IMG/VR virus record: IMGVR_UViG_3300022177_000054
Span: 1-37,881 of that record
DNA: 37,881 nt
Source of the DNA: a virus
Lineage: Duplodnaviria; Caudoviricetes
Strand: one strand, 5' to 3'
Shown here in pieces: positions 1 to 9,811 of the stretch. The stretch's first letter is position 1, and every line of letters begins with the position of its first letter. A program made the position numbers and the translations under genes. A model generated the notes under the pieces. It made no database searches, had not been told where the DNA came from, and was given only the letters and a program-made list of their open reading frames with translations.

Positions 1-1044
1 TCAAAAAGGGATATTATCACTATCGTCCGGAACACCCAGAAAGTCATTTATTTCATTCTGATATACATCCCATGGTTTCAAAAGTTTGTTTTGAAAAAAC
101 TCCGTTTTATTTCCGCAAGTCTCACAAAAACGCGCATTTGAAGGGTTTTTATGATATATCCTATCATCGAAATTACCGTTATAATCGTATATTTCTTGTC
201 CAAGACAATAATTGTAAACTTTAGTACCACAAATTTTGCAGTGCTCTGCATTTTCGCTAAAATCCTCATTATCGCATAATGGACATTTAAGAACTTTCAT
301 GTTTTCATCTAATTCAACGCCATCCCCATAAATCAATCTATCAACTCCTTTCACAAAGACACTATTTTCTTCCCCACAAATCTTACAATACTGTGAATGT
401 CCGGCTTCTGCACTTTTACAATTCATACAATAATAACCATAGAGTAGATTGTATTGTCCGAAATACACCTTATGTTCTGGCTGAATTCGATATCCATCGA
501 CCGAAAGAAAATTTATTCGAGCTGTTGCTGCGTCATAGGAAATATTAAATGCTTCCGAAACTTCAGTGATAGAATAACAGTTCGAAGCATCTGCGAGAGA
601 GATAACTAAGGGTTGCGGCGAAAGAAAATTGCGTGCAAAACAGTTTGCTTCGTTTTCAAATCGCTTATAAGCACCGGCAGAAATTCCTTTGCGGAGCATG
701 ATATCTGTATCTGCCTTTCGATGATGCTGTAAAAAAATATGCCCCAACTCATGGGCAATAGTGAAGCGGGTTAAACCCGTATTCATTTTTGTATCATTAT
801 AATAAATAATGTACCTTTCCCGTTTATGGTCATATGCGCAGGCTCCTAGATCACTTTCAAAGTAGTCACAAATATCTTCAATTGTTAAGCCAGTTTGAAT
901 TGAAAATTTTGTATAGGAACACGTCTTAACCGAACGATTTAAAGCTCTTAATATTTTATTTAAGACGATTGGGACTTCATTGTAGCCATAATCATGAAGT
1001 GCCTTTATGCTCTCCGATACAGCTAAATCATAGTCGGCTCTCAT
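1..1044 (-). CDS. ImmA/IrrE-family metallopeptidase with C-terminal zinc ribbons
   Basis: RFTIAHELGH (HExxH) and ENEANCFA motifs; several CxxC pairs; overlaps the repressor stop by 4 nt. Confidence 0.9.
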   Translation of the reverse strand: MRADYDLAVSESIKALHDYGYNEVPIVLNKILRALNRSVKTCSYTKFSIQTGLTIEDICDYFESDLGACAYDHKRERYIIYYNDTKMNTGLTRFTIAHELGHIFLQHHRKADTDIMLRKGISAGAYKRFENEANCFARNFLSPQPLVISLADASNCYSITEVSEAFNISYDAATARINFLSVDGYRIQPEHKVYFGQYNLLYGYYCMNCKSAEAGHSQYCKICGEENSVFVKGVDRLIYGDGVELDENMKVLKCPLCDNEDFSENAEHCKICGTKVYNYCLGQEIYDYNGNFDDRIYHKNPSNARFCETCGNKTEFFQNKLLKPWDVYQNEINDFLGVPDDSDNIPF

Positions 1045-1394
1045 TCAATATCTTCATCTTCATCAAACAAGTCGTCAAAAGATAGTTTGAGAAGGCCTAA
1101 CATTTTCTTTTTCTGATCAGCAGTCATTTTTTTTGCAGCTCTTTGTATAACTCTGATTTCTGGCTCGTCGTCAATAGAATTATTAAGGGCTAATAGGTAG
1201 TTATAATCTAAATTAAGCCTCTTACCGATAGCTTTAAGAGTTGCGTTATCAGGTGAAATACCATCGTCATTTTCAATTCTTGAGACCGTAGAATGGCTGA
1301 TCTTGGTATCAATACCTAATTGACGCTGGCTTAGACCAAGTTCCGTTCTTTTTTGAGCGATATATTTGCCTAGGGTCATCTTTTCATCAGTCAT
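1041..1394 (-). CDS. Xre-family HTH repressor (ImmR/CI-like)
   Basis: LSQRQLG...ISHSTVSRIEN helix-turn-helix; ATG at 1394 preceded by AAGGAGGTG; directly upstream of the ImmA-like gene. Confidence 0.9.
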   Translation of the reverse strand: MTDEKMTLGKYIAQKRTELGLSQRQLGIDTKISHSTVSRIENDDGISPDNATLKAIGKRLNLDYNYLLALNNSIDDEPEIRVIQRAAKKMTADQKKKMLGLLKLSFDDLFDEDEDIE

Positions 1395-1417
1395 TTTAGC
1401 ACCTCCTTGCTGACTAT

Positions 1418-1446
1418 AGTCTATCACATGTGTTACATCAATGCAA
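1418..1446 (-). promoter_or_regulatory. Leftward sigma-A promoter for repressor/protease operon
   Basis: Minus strand TTGCAT-17 nt-TAGACT with extended -10 TG. Confidence 0.65.
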
Positions 1447-1525
1447 CAATAAAATGCATCTTATGAAAATGTGTTGATTTAATGGAACGACAATGGTATA
1501 TTTAATATGTACCATCGGATCAACA
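1431..1525. promoter_or_regulatory. Three 18-bp imperfect palindromic operators (1431-1448, 1472-1489, 1508-1525)
   Basis: TGTTACATCAATGCAACA, TGTTGATTTAATGGAACG and TGTACCATCGGATCAACA align to YGTTG-N5-ATG-N2-ACR when the first and third are reverse-complemented. Confidence 0.7.
1474..1502 (+). promoter_or_regulatory. Rightward early lytic sigma-A promoter
   Basis: TTGATT-17 nt-TATATT with extended -10 TG; -35 lies inside the second operator. Confidence 0.7.
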
Positions 1526-1540
1526 CCAGGGGGTGATAGG

Positions 1541-1774
1541 TTGATAAGATTGAATTTAGTGAATTTTTACAAGCTTCAAGGTGATCTAACTGAAATAGAG
1601 ATGGCAAAAAAAATAGGAATTAGCCGGTCACAATTATGGAGAATTAAGAAGAAAAACTCATCTGTTGGTGAGTTATTCATAATTAAATTTAAAAAAACAT
1701 ATCCAAATGAATCGTTTGACGATTATTTTTTTATTGAAAGCGTTGATTTGATGGAACGATGTAACATCAAGTAA
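1541..1774 (+). CDS. Cro-like HTH protein
   Basis: EIEMAKKIGISRSQLWRI HTH; divergent from repressor; TTG start after GGGGGTGA RBS. Confidence 0.8.
   Translation: MIRLNLVNFYKLQGDLTEIEMAKKIGISRSQLWRIKKKNSSVGELFIIKFKKTYPNESFDDYFFIESVDLMERCNIK
1741..1758. promoter_or_regulatory. Fourth operator-like site inside the cro 3' end
   Basis: CGTTGATTTGATGGAACG matches the 1472-1489 site at 16 of 18 positions. Confidence 0.6.
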
Positions 1775-1790
1775 ACCGTTTGTAAGGAGG

Positions 1791-2141
1791 ATGACAATGT
1801 ACGCAGAACATAAAGATAACAGAATCATTATATACAACAGCTTTGCTTACAAGGAAACCATTAAACAGATTCCAGAGAGGATATGGAATATAGCAGATAA
1901 GACATGGAGCATTCCATACAATGAAGATAACCTAATTACGCTTCAAATGATTGGCTGCAATCTATGTGATGAGTTGTCAAATAAGGTTGAAGCAGCAAAT
2001 CTTAAAAGGAACAACAAAGATAGACTTGCTACTCCGGTAGAGCCGATGCCCATAAAGGCAGTTCCTTACACGCATCAGATAGAAGCCTATAATCTAGCCT
2101 GCACTTCATTAGGGATTTTCAAAGCAGGCGATGCTTATTGA
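1791..2141 (+). CDS. N-terminal module of a split SNF2-type helicase (ends with Q-motif-like segment)
   Basis: Ends PYTHQIEAY, the motif that normally precedes Walker A; TTGA overlap with the next ORF. Confidence 0.6.
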   Translation: MTMYAEHKDNRIIIYNSFAYKETIKQIPERIWNIADKTWSIPYNEDNLITLQMIGCNLCDELSNKVEAANLKRNNKDRLATPVEPMPIKAVPYTHQIEAYNLACTSLGIFKAGDAY

Positions 2142-3469
2142 ATGTCTCAATAAAGAAAAGCCCAGGATATGCACTTCTTATGGAAATGGGCTGCGGTAAG
2201 TCAATTACCACAGTAGCTGTTGTCGGGCGGGCATTTCTCAATGGGCGTATAAAAAGAGTTTTAATTATTGCCCCAAAATCCATTGTGGCGGTATGGAACG
2301 AAGAATTTATGAAGTTTGCAGACTTTCCATATAGCTTGATAGTCCTAAGTGGGAGTAGTGAAAAGAAGAAGGAACAGCTAGGAAAGGTTTCTGAGGAAGG
2401 GCTGCAAGTAGTGGTTGTAAATTATGACAGCGTTCCACTCATAGAGTCGAGTCTTCTAGCCTGGAACCCGGATTTTATTGTTGCAGACGAATCAACAAGG
2501 ATCAAGAATCCAAATGCCAAGTCAAGCAAGGCTATTCACAGGATTTCAAAAAAGTGCAGGTATAGAATGATCCTAACCGGATCACCTGTCACTCAAAATC
2601 CTCTGGATCTTTACAGCCAGTACAAGATGCTGGATGAGTCAATATTTGGAACCTCATTCTATGCGTTTAAGAATCATTATGCGGTCTTAGGAAACTACAA
2701 TCAGCCGGTTGGATATAAGAACATGCCGGAGCTGATTGAAAAGGCACACTCAGTAGCTTACAGGGTGACAAAAGCAGATGCGCTTGATCTGCCAGATACG
2801 ATTGATGAGATTTATCCGATCTGCCTTGAGAGCAAGGCTGCAAAGCTCTACAAGCAGTTTGTAAAGGATTCCTACATGGAGCTATCCAAGGGTGAAGTGA
2901 CCGCTACCAACATTCTTACAAGGCTTCTTAGGTTACAGCAGCTCACTGGGGGCTTTGTCAGGCCAGATGAGGAAGCAGAGCGCTATGAGCAGGTATCTAA
3001 GACTAAAATAGAAGCGCTTGAGGACATCATAGATACAATGAAAGAATCCGGCGAGAAGCTGGTGGTGATGGCCAGGTTTATTCCAGAGATAAGAGAAATA
3101 ACAAAGCTTCTTGAAAATAAAAAGATAAAACATGCTCTCATATGTGGCGAGGTCAAGGACAGAGCTGAGCAAATCAGGAGGTTCCAGGAGGACAAGGAGT
3201 GCATGGTTTTTGTAGGACAACTACAGACAACCTCTATGGGGATCACATTGACAGCGGCAAGCACCTGTGTTTTTTATAGTCTCTCATACAACTATTCGGA
3301 TTATATTCAAGCCAAAGCCCGCATACACAGGATTGGGCAAAATAAAAAATGCGTCTACATTCACCTGGTTGCCAAAGGAACAGTTGATGAAACTGTCATG
3401 GAGGCTCTAGGGAGGAAAGAAGATATAGCCCACGCTATAGTAGACAACTGGAAGAAACTCATTAAGTAA
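2138..3469 (+). CDS. SNF2-family (SF2) helicase/ATPase
   Basis: MEMGCGKS, ADES, LTGSP and QAKARIHRIGQ motifs. Confidence 0.92.
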   Translation: MNVSIKKSPGYALLMEMGCGKSITTVAVVGRAFLNGRIKRVLIIAPKSIVAVWNEEFMKFADFPYSLIVLSGSSEKKKEQLGKVSEEGLQVVVVNYDSVPLIESSLLAWNPDFIVADESTRIKNPNAKSSKAIHRISKKCRYRMILTGSPVTQNPLDLYSQYKMLDESIFGTSFYAFKNHYAVLGNYNQPVGYKNMPELIEKAHSVAYRVTKADALDLPDTIDEIYPICLESKAAKLYKQFVKDSYMELSKGEVTATNILTRLLRLQQLTGGFVRPDEEAERYEQVSKTKIEALEDIIDTMKESGEKLVVMARFIPEIREITKLLENKKIKHALICGEVKDRAEQIRRFQEDKECMVFVGQLQTTSMGITLTAASTCVFYSLSYNYSDYIQAKARIHRIGQNKKCVYIHLVAKGTVDETVMEALGRKEDIAHAIVDNWKKLIK

Positions 3470-3483
3470 AGGAGGCAGCGCCT

Positions 3484-3894
3484 ATGGAAAATGAAATGTT
3501 TAAACTAGCAGAAAAACTAAAGGAACTAAGGGAAGCCAAGAAACAGGCAGAAAGTAAAGTCAAGGACATCAATGCTTCCATTGATGAAACCGAAAATAGA
3601 CTGTCTGAGATGATGATAGGCAGCGAGACACAAAGCTTCAACCGAAGTGGGACACTATTTTATCTTAATACTAAGATTTATGCATCAGCAGTGGCTGAGC
3701 GTAAGCCGGAACTATTCGAGGCACTGAAGGGCAACGGGTTTGCTTCACTAGTCGTTGAAACTGTGAATGCCAATAGCCTGGCGGCATTTGTCAAAGAGCA
3801 AATCGCTGAGAATGAGGACACATTACCTGACTGGCTACAAGGCAAAGTTAATGTATTTGAAAAGACGGCAGTAGGAATCAGAAAAGCGAAGTAG
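3484..3894 (+). CDS. Phage replication-module protein, coiled-coil N-terminus, function unknown
   Basis: 136-aa ORF with AAGGAGG RBS; charged heptad-rich N-terminus. Confidence 0.7.
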   Translation: MENEMFKLAEKLKELREAKKQAESKVKDINASIDETENRLSEMMIGSETQSFNRSGTLFYLNTKIYASAVAERKPELFEALKGNGFASLVVETVNANSLAAFVKEQIAENEDTLPDWLQGKVNVFEKTAVGIRKAK

Positions 3895-4014
3895 TCTCTA
3901 ATGGGCTACGGATAACGATGAAAATAAGGACAATTTACATAGATGCAAAGACACAGAGGAGAAGCTTTCATCACTGAACAGAAGCAAAATAATAAAAATA
4001 CGGAGGACGACAAA

Positions 4015-4758
4015 ATGTCAAAAAATGAAATAGCAGTTCAAAGCAGCGGGTACATGGCAGTAAGAAATTTCAATGAGGATAGCGGTATTTTAGAGGAACT
4101 AGATGGCCTATACACCACATTCGATAAGGTCAAGATCCCAGCGGGAGGGGGCCTAATGTTTGAAGTGGCAGGAGACGACGGCGAGATGGAGCCGGTTAAG
4201 GAGATAGAGGGAGTAATTCTTTATCATCATGCGACAAATAGCTTCTACAAAGAAAAATATACTGGCGGGAACAATCCTCCGGACTGTGGCAGCTATGATG
4301 GCAAGATAGGCGAAGGCAATCCAGGCGGAAGCTGCGCAGCATGCCCGTACAACCAGTTTGGCAGTGGAGATAACGGAAACGGTAAAGCATGTAAAAACAA
4401 AAGAAGGATATTCATACTGCGAGAAGGAGAAGTATTCCCTATTATGCTCTCACTCCCAACAGGCTCCCTTAAGGAATTTACAAGCTTTATACGAAGGCTA
4501 GTGACCAAGGGGAAAAGGTCGCATACTCTTGTCACTAAGATTTCTCTAAAGAAAGCGACAAGCAGCAGCGGAATTCAGTTCAGCCAGGCAGTCTTTTCAA
4601 TAAAGCGTAGCCTTACTGAAGAAGAAGTAGCTGCGGTGCTTCCAATGGTTGAGCATATTAAGGAAATGTCTAAAAGCATTGCTTTGGATTCAGATACAGA
4701 AAATGCATTCAATTACGAAATCGATGAAGAAACCGGAGAGGTTAAGCCTCTTAGATAA
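4015..4758 (+). CDS. Phage protein, possible ssDNA-binding/recombination accessory with Cys cluster
   Basis: GGAGG RBS; PPDC...CAACPYNQFGS...KACKN; acidic tail DEETGEV; immediately upstream of the DNA polymerase. Confidence 0.55.
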   Translation: MSKNEIAVQSSGYMAVRNFNEDSGILEELDGLYTTFDKVKIPAGGGLMFEVAGDDGEMEPVKEIEGVILYHHATNSFYKEKYTGGNNPPDCGSYDGKIGEGNPGGSCAACPYNQFGSGDNGNGKACKNKRRIFILREGEVFPIMLSLPTGSLKEFTSFIRRLVTKGKRSHTLVTKISLKKATSSSGIQFSQAVFSIKRSLTEEEVAAVLPMVEHIKEMSKSIALDSDTENAFNYEIDEETGEVKPLR

Positions 4759-4774
4759 GAGTAAGCTAATGGTG

Positions 4775-4797
4775 TGGGAGCAGAGGTGCTGCTCCCA
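4775..4797 (+). other. Perfect 9-bp stem-loop without U-tract upstream of the polymerase RBS
   Basis: TGGGAGCAG-AGGTG-CTGCTCCCA. Confidence 0.55.
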
Positions 4798-4823
4798 GAT
4801 TCACTGTGAAAGGAGCATTTGCA

Positions 4824-6743
4824 ATGGATTATAAATGTATCACAAATATAAACATAATAAAAAATTATCTAAGCGGAGCTAGTGAGGTTGCCTTCGACTT
4901 TGAAACAGCGCCAAGTGCTGAATATCGAAATGTTCCGTTTGCAGCGCTAGACCCTCATAAATCAGATATTGTTGGAGTATCACTATCAGTCGAGACAAAT
5001 ACAGCAATATACATACCACTAAGGCACAAAATCGGAACTAACGCTGATATCCCAGCAGTCATGAAAATGCTCAGGGAACTTGTATTTGCAAATAAAGCAG
5101 TAACGAAGATAGCACACAACCTTAGCTTTGAAACGATGTTTCTATATAAACAAGGTATAATGCTGCAGGGGCCAGTATACGACACGATAGCCGCCGCGCA
5201 GCTAACTCTCAAGTCGGACAAGGAGTTTAGAAGCTTGGGAGATAGCGGCCTTAAAACTCTGGTGCCGGAACTTCTAAAGGTGGAGCTTCCAAAATTTGAA
5301 GAGGTCACAGGTGGCAGGCACTTTGACGAGCTCGATCCGATGGATAAGGAGACAACAAGGTATGCCTGCGCAGACAGCGATTATACTCTGCAGCTTTATT
5401 ATCTTTTCAATGACTGGTTCAGAAAGTACATGATAGAACACGAAAGTGTGGTAAGGAGCTTAGAAAGCCCGACTGCTGTATTTGTAGGAATGATGAAGTA
5501 TAACGGCATTATGGCTGATACGCTCCTTATGTATCAAAAGCAGCTTGAAGCAGAAAATAAGCTATCTGAGCTAAGAAATGAAATTAACCGCATTGCCGGT
5601 AGAGAGCTAAACATAGGTGCTAATGCCTCTACGGATGATTTCAAAAAGTATCTATACGAAGAACAAGAGCTTCCGGTGCTTAAAACAACCATGAAGTTCA
5701 AGGAAGCGGCAGACGATGAAGCCTTGATCTTACTCAAAGGGTATTGCGCAAAGAATAAGCCGGCTATGGTGCCCATTATTGAGACTGTCCAGGAATACCG
5801 TAAATGGGCAAAGCTAAAATCAACATATATAGATGGAGTATTGAATTTCGTAAATCCTGTAACTAGAGCTGTTCATCCTGACTTTTTTCCTCTGGGGACA
5901 GATACAGGTAGGTTTGCTAGCAGAAAACCTAATGCGCAGAACTGGCCTCGCAAGGACAATGATCCAATAGGCATCAGAAACTTCTTCCATGCCAGGGAAG
6001 GGCATGTGCTACTTGATTTTGACTTTTCACAGATAGAGCTGAGGGTAGGAGCTTATTACTGCAGGGATGAGAGGATGCTGGATACATATAAGAGTGGCGG
6101 AGATATTCATGCGCAGACCACCTCTGTCATCTACGGAATCCCCTTTGAACAGGCAAGCGATAAAAACGCCGAGCATTACAAGGAAAGAAGAAGCATAGCA
6201 AAAAACTGCAACTTTGGCGTGTTTTATGGCCTCTTTCCAAAAGGGCTTCAAAGGACACTCCAGTTTAAGGCGGGACTTAACACCTCACTTTCGGAGTGCG
6301 AGGAGATCATAAGTAACCTGAAGGCTGGTTATCCTGGCCTTACTAAGTGGCAGGAGGAGACGAAGCGCCAAGCAAGCTATCAAGAATACAGTAAGACAGC
6401 TTTTGGAAGGCGAAGATATCTAAAAGGCATCAACTGCAGAGAATGGGGAGTAAAATCCTATTGGGAGCGCTGCGCACTTAATACTCCAATTCAAGGCACT
6501 GCTGCTGATATTCTAAAGCTATCAATGGCTAGAATCATAGATGGGATTAGTGAGAGGCCATATATAAGACCGCTGCTGACAATTCACGACGAGCTTGTAT
6601 TTGAAATTCCAGAGGATAAACTCGAAGAAGCTACTGTATTCATTAAAGGCTGCATGGAGCAAAAACCCTTTGATGATTTTGACGTCCCAATTGTTGCTGA
6701 AGGTGCGGTGGGCAGAAGATTTGGTGAATTGGAGGAGCTCTAA
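4824..6743 (+). CDS. Family A DNA polymerase with 3'-5' exonuclease domain
   Basis: Exo I AFDFET; motif A DFSQIELR; motif B KNCNFGVFYG; motif C TIHDEL. Confidence 0.95.
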   Translation: MDYKCITNINIIKNYLSGASEVAFDFETAPSAEYRNVPFAALDPHKSDIVGVSLSVETNTAIYIPLRHKIGTNADIPAVMKMLRELVFANKAVTKIAHNLSFETMFLYKQGIMLQGPVYDTIAAAQLTLKSDKEFRSLGDSGLKTLVPELLKVELPKFEEVTGGRHFDELDPMDKETTRYACADSDYTLQLYYLFNDWFRKYMIEHESVVRSLESPTAVFVGMMKYNGIMADTLLMYQKQLEAENKLSELRNEINRIAGRELNIGANASTDDFKKYLYEEQELPVLKTTMKFKEAADDEALILLKGYCAKNKPAMVPIIETVQEYRKWAKLKSTYIDGVLNFVNPVTRAVHPDFFPLGTDTGRFASRKPNAQNWPRKDNDPIGIRNFFHAREGHVLLDFDFSQIELRVGAYYCRDERMLDTYKSGGDIHAQTTSVIYGIPFEQASDKNAEHYKERRSIAKNCNFGVFYGLFPKGLQRTLQFKAGLNTSLSECEEIISNLKAGYPGLTKWQEETKRQASYQEYSKTAFGRRRYLKGINCREWGVKSYWERCALNTPIQGTAADILKLSMARIIDGISERPYIRPLLTIHDELVFEIPEDKLEEATVFIKGCMEQKPFDDFDVPIVAEGAVGRRFGELEEL

Positions 6744-6919
6744 TGAATGATATAACGCTTTTTATGGCAGAGCTAAAGGTTTATAAAAACGCCTTGCCTC
6801 ATAAGATATTCAAGTGCATCAGGGGACAAGTCTTATCTGGGGATGTAGTAGGTGCAAAGAAGGGACTCGAAAAATTGCTAAAGGAGAAGAAGCCTGATTT
6901 AAGCAATAAATCAAGTTAA
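6743..6919 (+). CDS. Small 58-aa phage protein (not in ORF track)
   Basis: TAATG overlap with polymerase stop, GGAGG upstream; translates MNDITLFMAELKVYKNALPHKIFKCIRGQVLSGDVVGAKKGLEKLLKEKKPDLSNKSS. Confidence 0.7.
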   Translation: MNDITLFMAELKVYKNALPHKIFKCIRGQVLSGDVVGAKKGLEKLLKEKKPDLSNKSS

Positions 6920-7007
6920 GCATAGCAATATGGCAAAGGGCAAACTGGCTAAGATTAAGTAGATATAATGTTTTAATTAATGCTAAATGAGAAAGGCTGG
7001 TGAGTTT

Positions 7008-9485
7008 GTGACTGAAGTAAGTATTTCACTTGAGGAGTTTTTAAGACCTTTTTTCAATCCGCATGAAAACGTCTGTGTCAGAGTGTTTTCGGATAGGAAA
7101 GAGGAGGGCTTCAAGGGGCAGAAGATAGACATCAATATGGCCAAGGTAGAGCAGTTTGTGCCGCTACTGAATGAATACAACAAGAAAAATCGAGGGATAT
7201 TCTTTGTTGTAAATTACGGCGGCAATGAAGACAAAGAGATTACAAGGATAAATGCGCAGTTTGTTGAAAATGACACGCTTCCAATTAAAGAGCAATACGA
7301 GAACCTACTATCATTCCCCTTGGAGCCCAGCCTAATTGTCAAAACTAAAAAATCGCTGCACGCCTACTGGCTAATCAAGGGCGGGGATGTAACAAAGTTT
7401 AGGAGAGTACAGTCAAAGCTTGCAGAGCATTTTAGCGGCGACAAGACCATCGTCAATGAGAGTAGGGTTCTAAGGCTTCCGGGATTTGAGCACAGAAAAA
7501 GCGAGCCGGTGATGGTAAGTTGCATCAAATACAATCCGGAGCTAAGGTATACGCAGGAACAGCTCTTAGAGCATCTTCCAAAAGGCGATGGAAAAGGAGA
7601 AAGTAAGCCCAAGTTACAAGGCAAGCATAAAGGAATTGACCTTGTACTAAGGCGCTGCGAGTTTATAAAGCACTGCAAGGACAATGCGGTAACTCTCCCA
7701 GAGCATGAATGGTATGCGATGATAACAAATCTGGCTGTCTTTGAAGGTGGAGAAGATGTCATCCATGAGTATTCAAAAGGATATGCAAAGTATAGTCAGA
7801 GCGAAACGGATGATAAGATTCAACATTTTTTAGAAAGCAAGACTAGGCCTATAAACTGCAGCACCTTTTTTGAAAGGGGATTCACCTGCAAAAAGTTTGT
7901 AGAAGGCAGTTGCAGTTGCAAGGCTCCAGCGGCGTTCATATACACTCCTATGACCGCAGACGACTTGGTTGAAGCGCTCTTAGAGCAGCCGGTGTCGAGG
8001 AATGTGACAAAGGACGTGGAGCAGGCGGCAAGGTTCATTACCGAGTATATGTATAACATACCTGAAGTTACAGCAGAGCCATTTATTACTACAGAAATCA
8101 AGAGACATTTTGAACTGAAAAACGACAACGTGAAAACACTGATGAAAAAATACAAAGAGCAATATTCAAGCTATCAAAAATCAAGAAAACAAAAATCAGA
8201 AAACACTGCCGAAGTGCCTCCTTGGTATGAGCTCACCGAAAACGGGATGAAGTTTATACCAGGGATTCTTGCGACACATATGAGCCAGGAAGTGTCAGCA
8301 TTTTATGGTGCGGAGGATTTCTATATATACGAAAATGGAGTTTACAAGACAGTAAAGGATCTGGTAGCGGCAAAGCTGGTCAGAAAGCATCTGATGGACA
8401 GATACGCAACAATGAGCGGAATCAATGATGCTCTTGGCCAGTGGCAGATGCTAATATACAAGCCTGTCAATCAGCTGAACTCAAATCCGTTTATAATCAA
8501 CGTCAAAAACGGGCTTTACAATATCCTTGAGGATAAGCTTAAGGAACATACGCCTGAGTATTACAGCACAGTCCAGATAAGCGCAAGCTATGATCCAAGT
8601 GCAAAATGCCCGCTGTTTCTAAAGTTCCTATCGGAATGCCTGGATGCTGATGAAATCTTTATGGTGCAGGAGATTCTCGGGTATCTGCTTATTCCTATAA
8701 ACAAAGCTCAAAAATCCTTTGTATTTGTGGGTGCAGGAAATGCAGGAAAGTCAACGCTGCTGTCAGTTGCTCAGGAAATCCTTCTTGGCAGCAACAATGT
8801 TTCAAACGTGCCTTGGCAGGCATTAGCTGACAGGTTTAAGACAGCAGAGCTCTTTGGAAAGCTGGCGAACATCTTTGCGGATCTTCCTTCAAAGAGCATT
8901 GACGACAATGGGCTTTTTAAAAGCATCACCGGAGAGGATTACATCACAGTGGAGAAAAAGAACAAGACTCCGTTTTCTTTCAAGCCTTATGCAAGGCTTT
9001 TATTTTCCTGCAATGAGATTCCAAGAAACTATGGCGACAAGAGCAGCGCCTTTTACAGAAGGCTAATCATCATAAGGTTCGATAGGCCAATACCAATGCA
9101 TAAGAGGGATGCATCCCTTCGTGAGAAGCTGACTGTTGAAGCTGATGGAATATTTATGTGGGCGCTTGAAGGATTGAAGCGGCTTATTAAGAACAACTAC
9201 CATTTCACTGAAAGTGATAGGTCCAAGGCTGAGGTTGAAAAATACAAGACAGAATGCAACAGCGTGCTATCATTTGTGGATTATGCCTGCGAGATTTCCG
9301 AAGCAAAATTCATAGAGTCGAAGGAGATGTATAGAAATTATAAGGAATATTGTGATGAGGCTGGTCTAAATCCGGTATCCCAGATACGATTCAATAAAGA
9401 TTTGATGGAGAATGTACCCAATATTACGTCGAGCAAGGATACTGTGAGCAGAAGAGTTATTGTAAAAGGGATAGGACTGGCATAA
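7008..9485 (+). CDS. Primase-helicase, P4/D5 family (primase N-terminus, SF3 helicase C-terminus)
   Basis: SLHAYW and RVLRLPG primase motifs; INVKNG D5_N-like segment; Walker A GAGNAGKS; FSCN. Start could be 6987 or 7008. Confidence 0.92.
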   Translation: MTEVSISLEEFLRPFFNPHENVCVRVFSDRKEEGFKGQKIDINMAKVEQFVPLLNEYNKKNRGIFFVVNYGGNEDKEITRINAQFVENDTLPIKEQYENLLSFPLEPSLIVKTKKSLHAYWLIKGGDVTKFRRVQSKLAEHFSGDKTIVNESRVLRLPGFEHRKSEPVMVSCIKYNPELRYTQEQLLEHLPKGDGKGESKPKLQGKHKGIDLVLRRCEFIKHCKDNAVTLPEHEWYAMITNLAVFEGGEDVIHEYSKGYAKYSQSETDDKIQHFLESKTRPINCSTFFERGFTCKKFVEGSCSCKAPAAFIYTPMTADDLVEALLEQPVSRNVTKDVEQAARFITEYMYNIPEVTAEPFITTEIKRHFELKNDNVKTLMKKYKEQYSSYQKSRKQKSENTAEVPPWYELTENGMKFIPGILATHMSQEVSAFYGAEDFYIYENGVYKTVKDLVAAKLVRKHLMDRYATMSGINDALGQWQMLIYKPVNQLNSNPFIINVKNGLYNILEDKLKEHTPEYYSTVQISASYDPSAKCPLFLKFLSECLDADEIFMVQEILGYLLIPINKAQKSFVFVGAGNAGKSTLLSVAQEILLGSNNVSNVPWQALADRFKTAELFGKLANIFADLPSKSIDDNGLFKSITGEDYITVEKKNKTPFSFKPYARLLFSCNEIPRNYGDKSSAFYRRLIIIRFDRPIPMHKRDASLREKLTVEADGIFMWALEGLKRLIKNNYHFTESDRSKAEVEKYKTECNSVLSFVDYACEISEAKFIESKEMYRNYKEYCDEAGLNPVSQIRFNKDLMENVPNITSSKDTVSRRVIVKGIGLA

Positions 9486-9486
9486 T

Positions 9487-9787
9487 TTCGAAGCAGATTC
9501 GTAGCAGTTCGAAGAAGTTTTCGAAGCAGATTATCCAGCAGTTATAAGGCTTTCGAAGCTCTCGTAGCAATATTTCATTTTCTTCACATAGAACCAGAAA
9601 TATAGTATATGGTGTGTTTTTTGGGAATCTAATAAAGATATAGACAAACTGCTTCGAGCTTCGAACTGCTTCGAAAAATTTACTGGATTTGAGGGCTAAA
9701 AGCTTGGAAAATCAGGTGTGTAGCATTTTATGAGTCATTCAAAACTGCTTCGAAACTGCTTCGAAAACGCTTCAAAACTCCTTCGAG
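9487..9787. repeat. Convergent iteron-like array, probable replication origin
   Basis: About 6 TTCGAAGCAG-like units (9487-9570), an AT-rich gap, then about 7 inverted CTGCTTCGAA-like units (9649-9787). Confidence 0.8.
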
Positions 9788-9811
9788 AAATTTGCTGTAT
9801 AGGAGGTACAA

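Noticed and set aside
9487-9787. Short repeats as CRISPR or transposon ends
   Set aside because: Units are about 10 bp with no unique spacers and no transposase; they fit iterons better.
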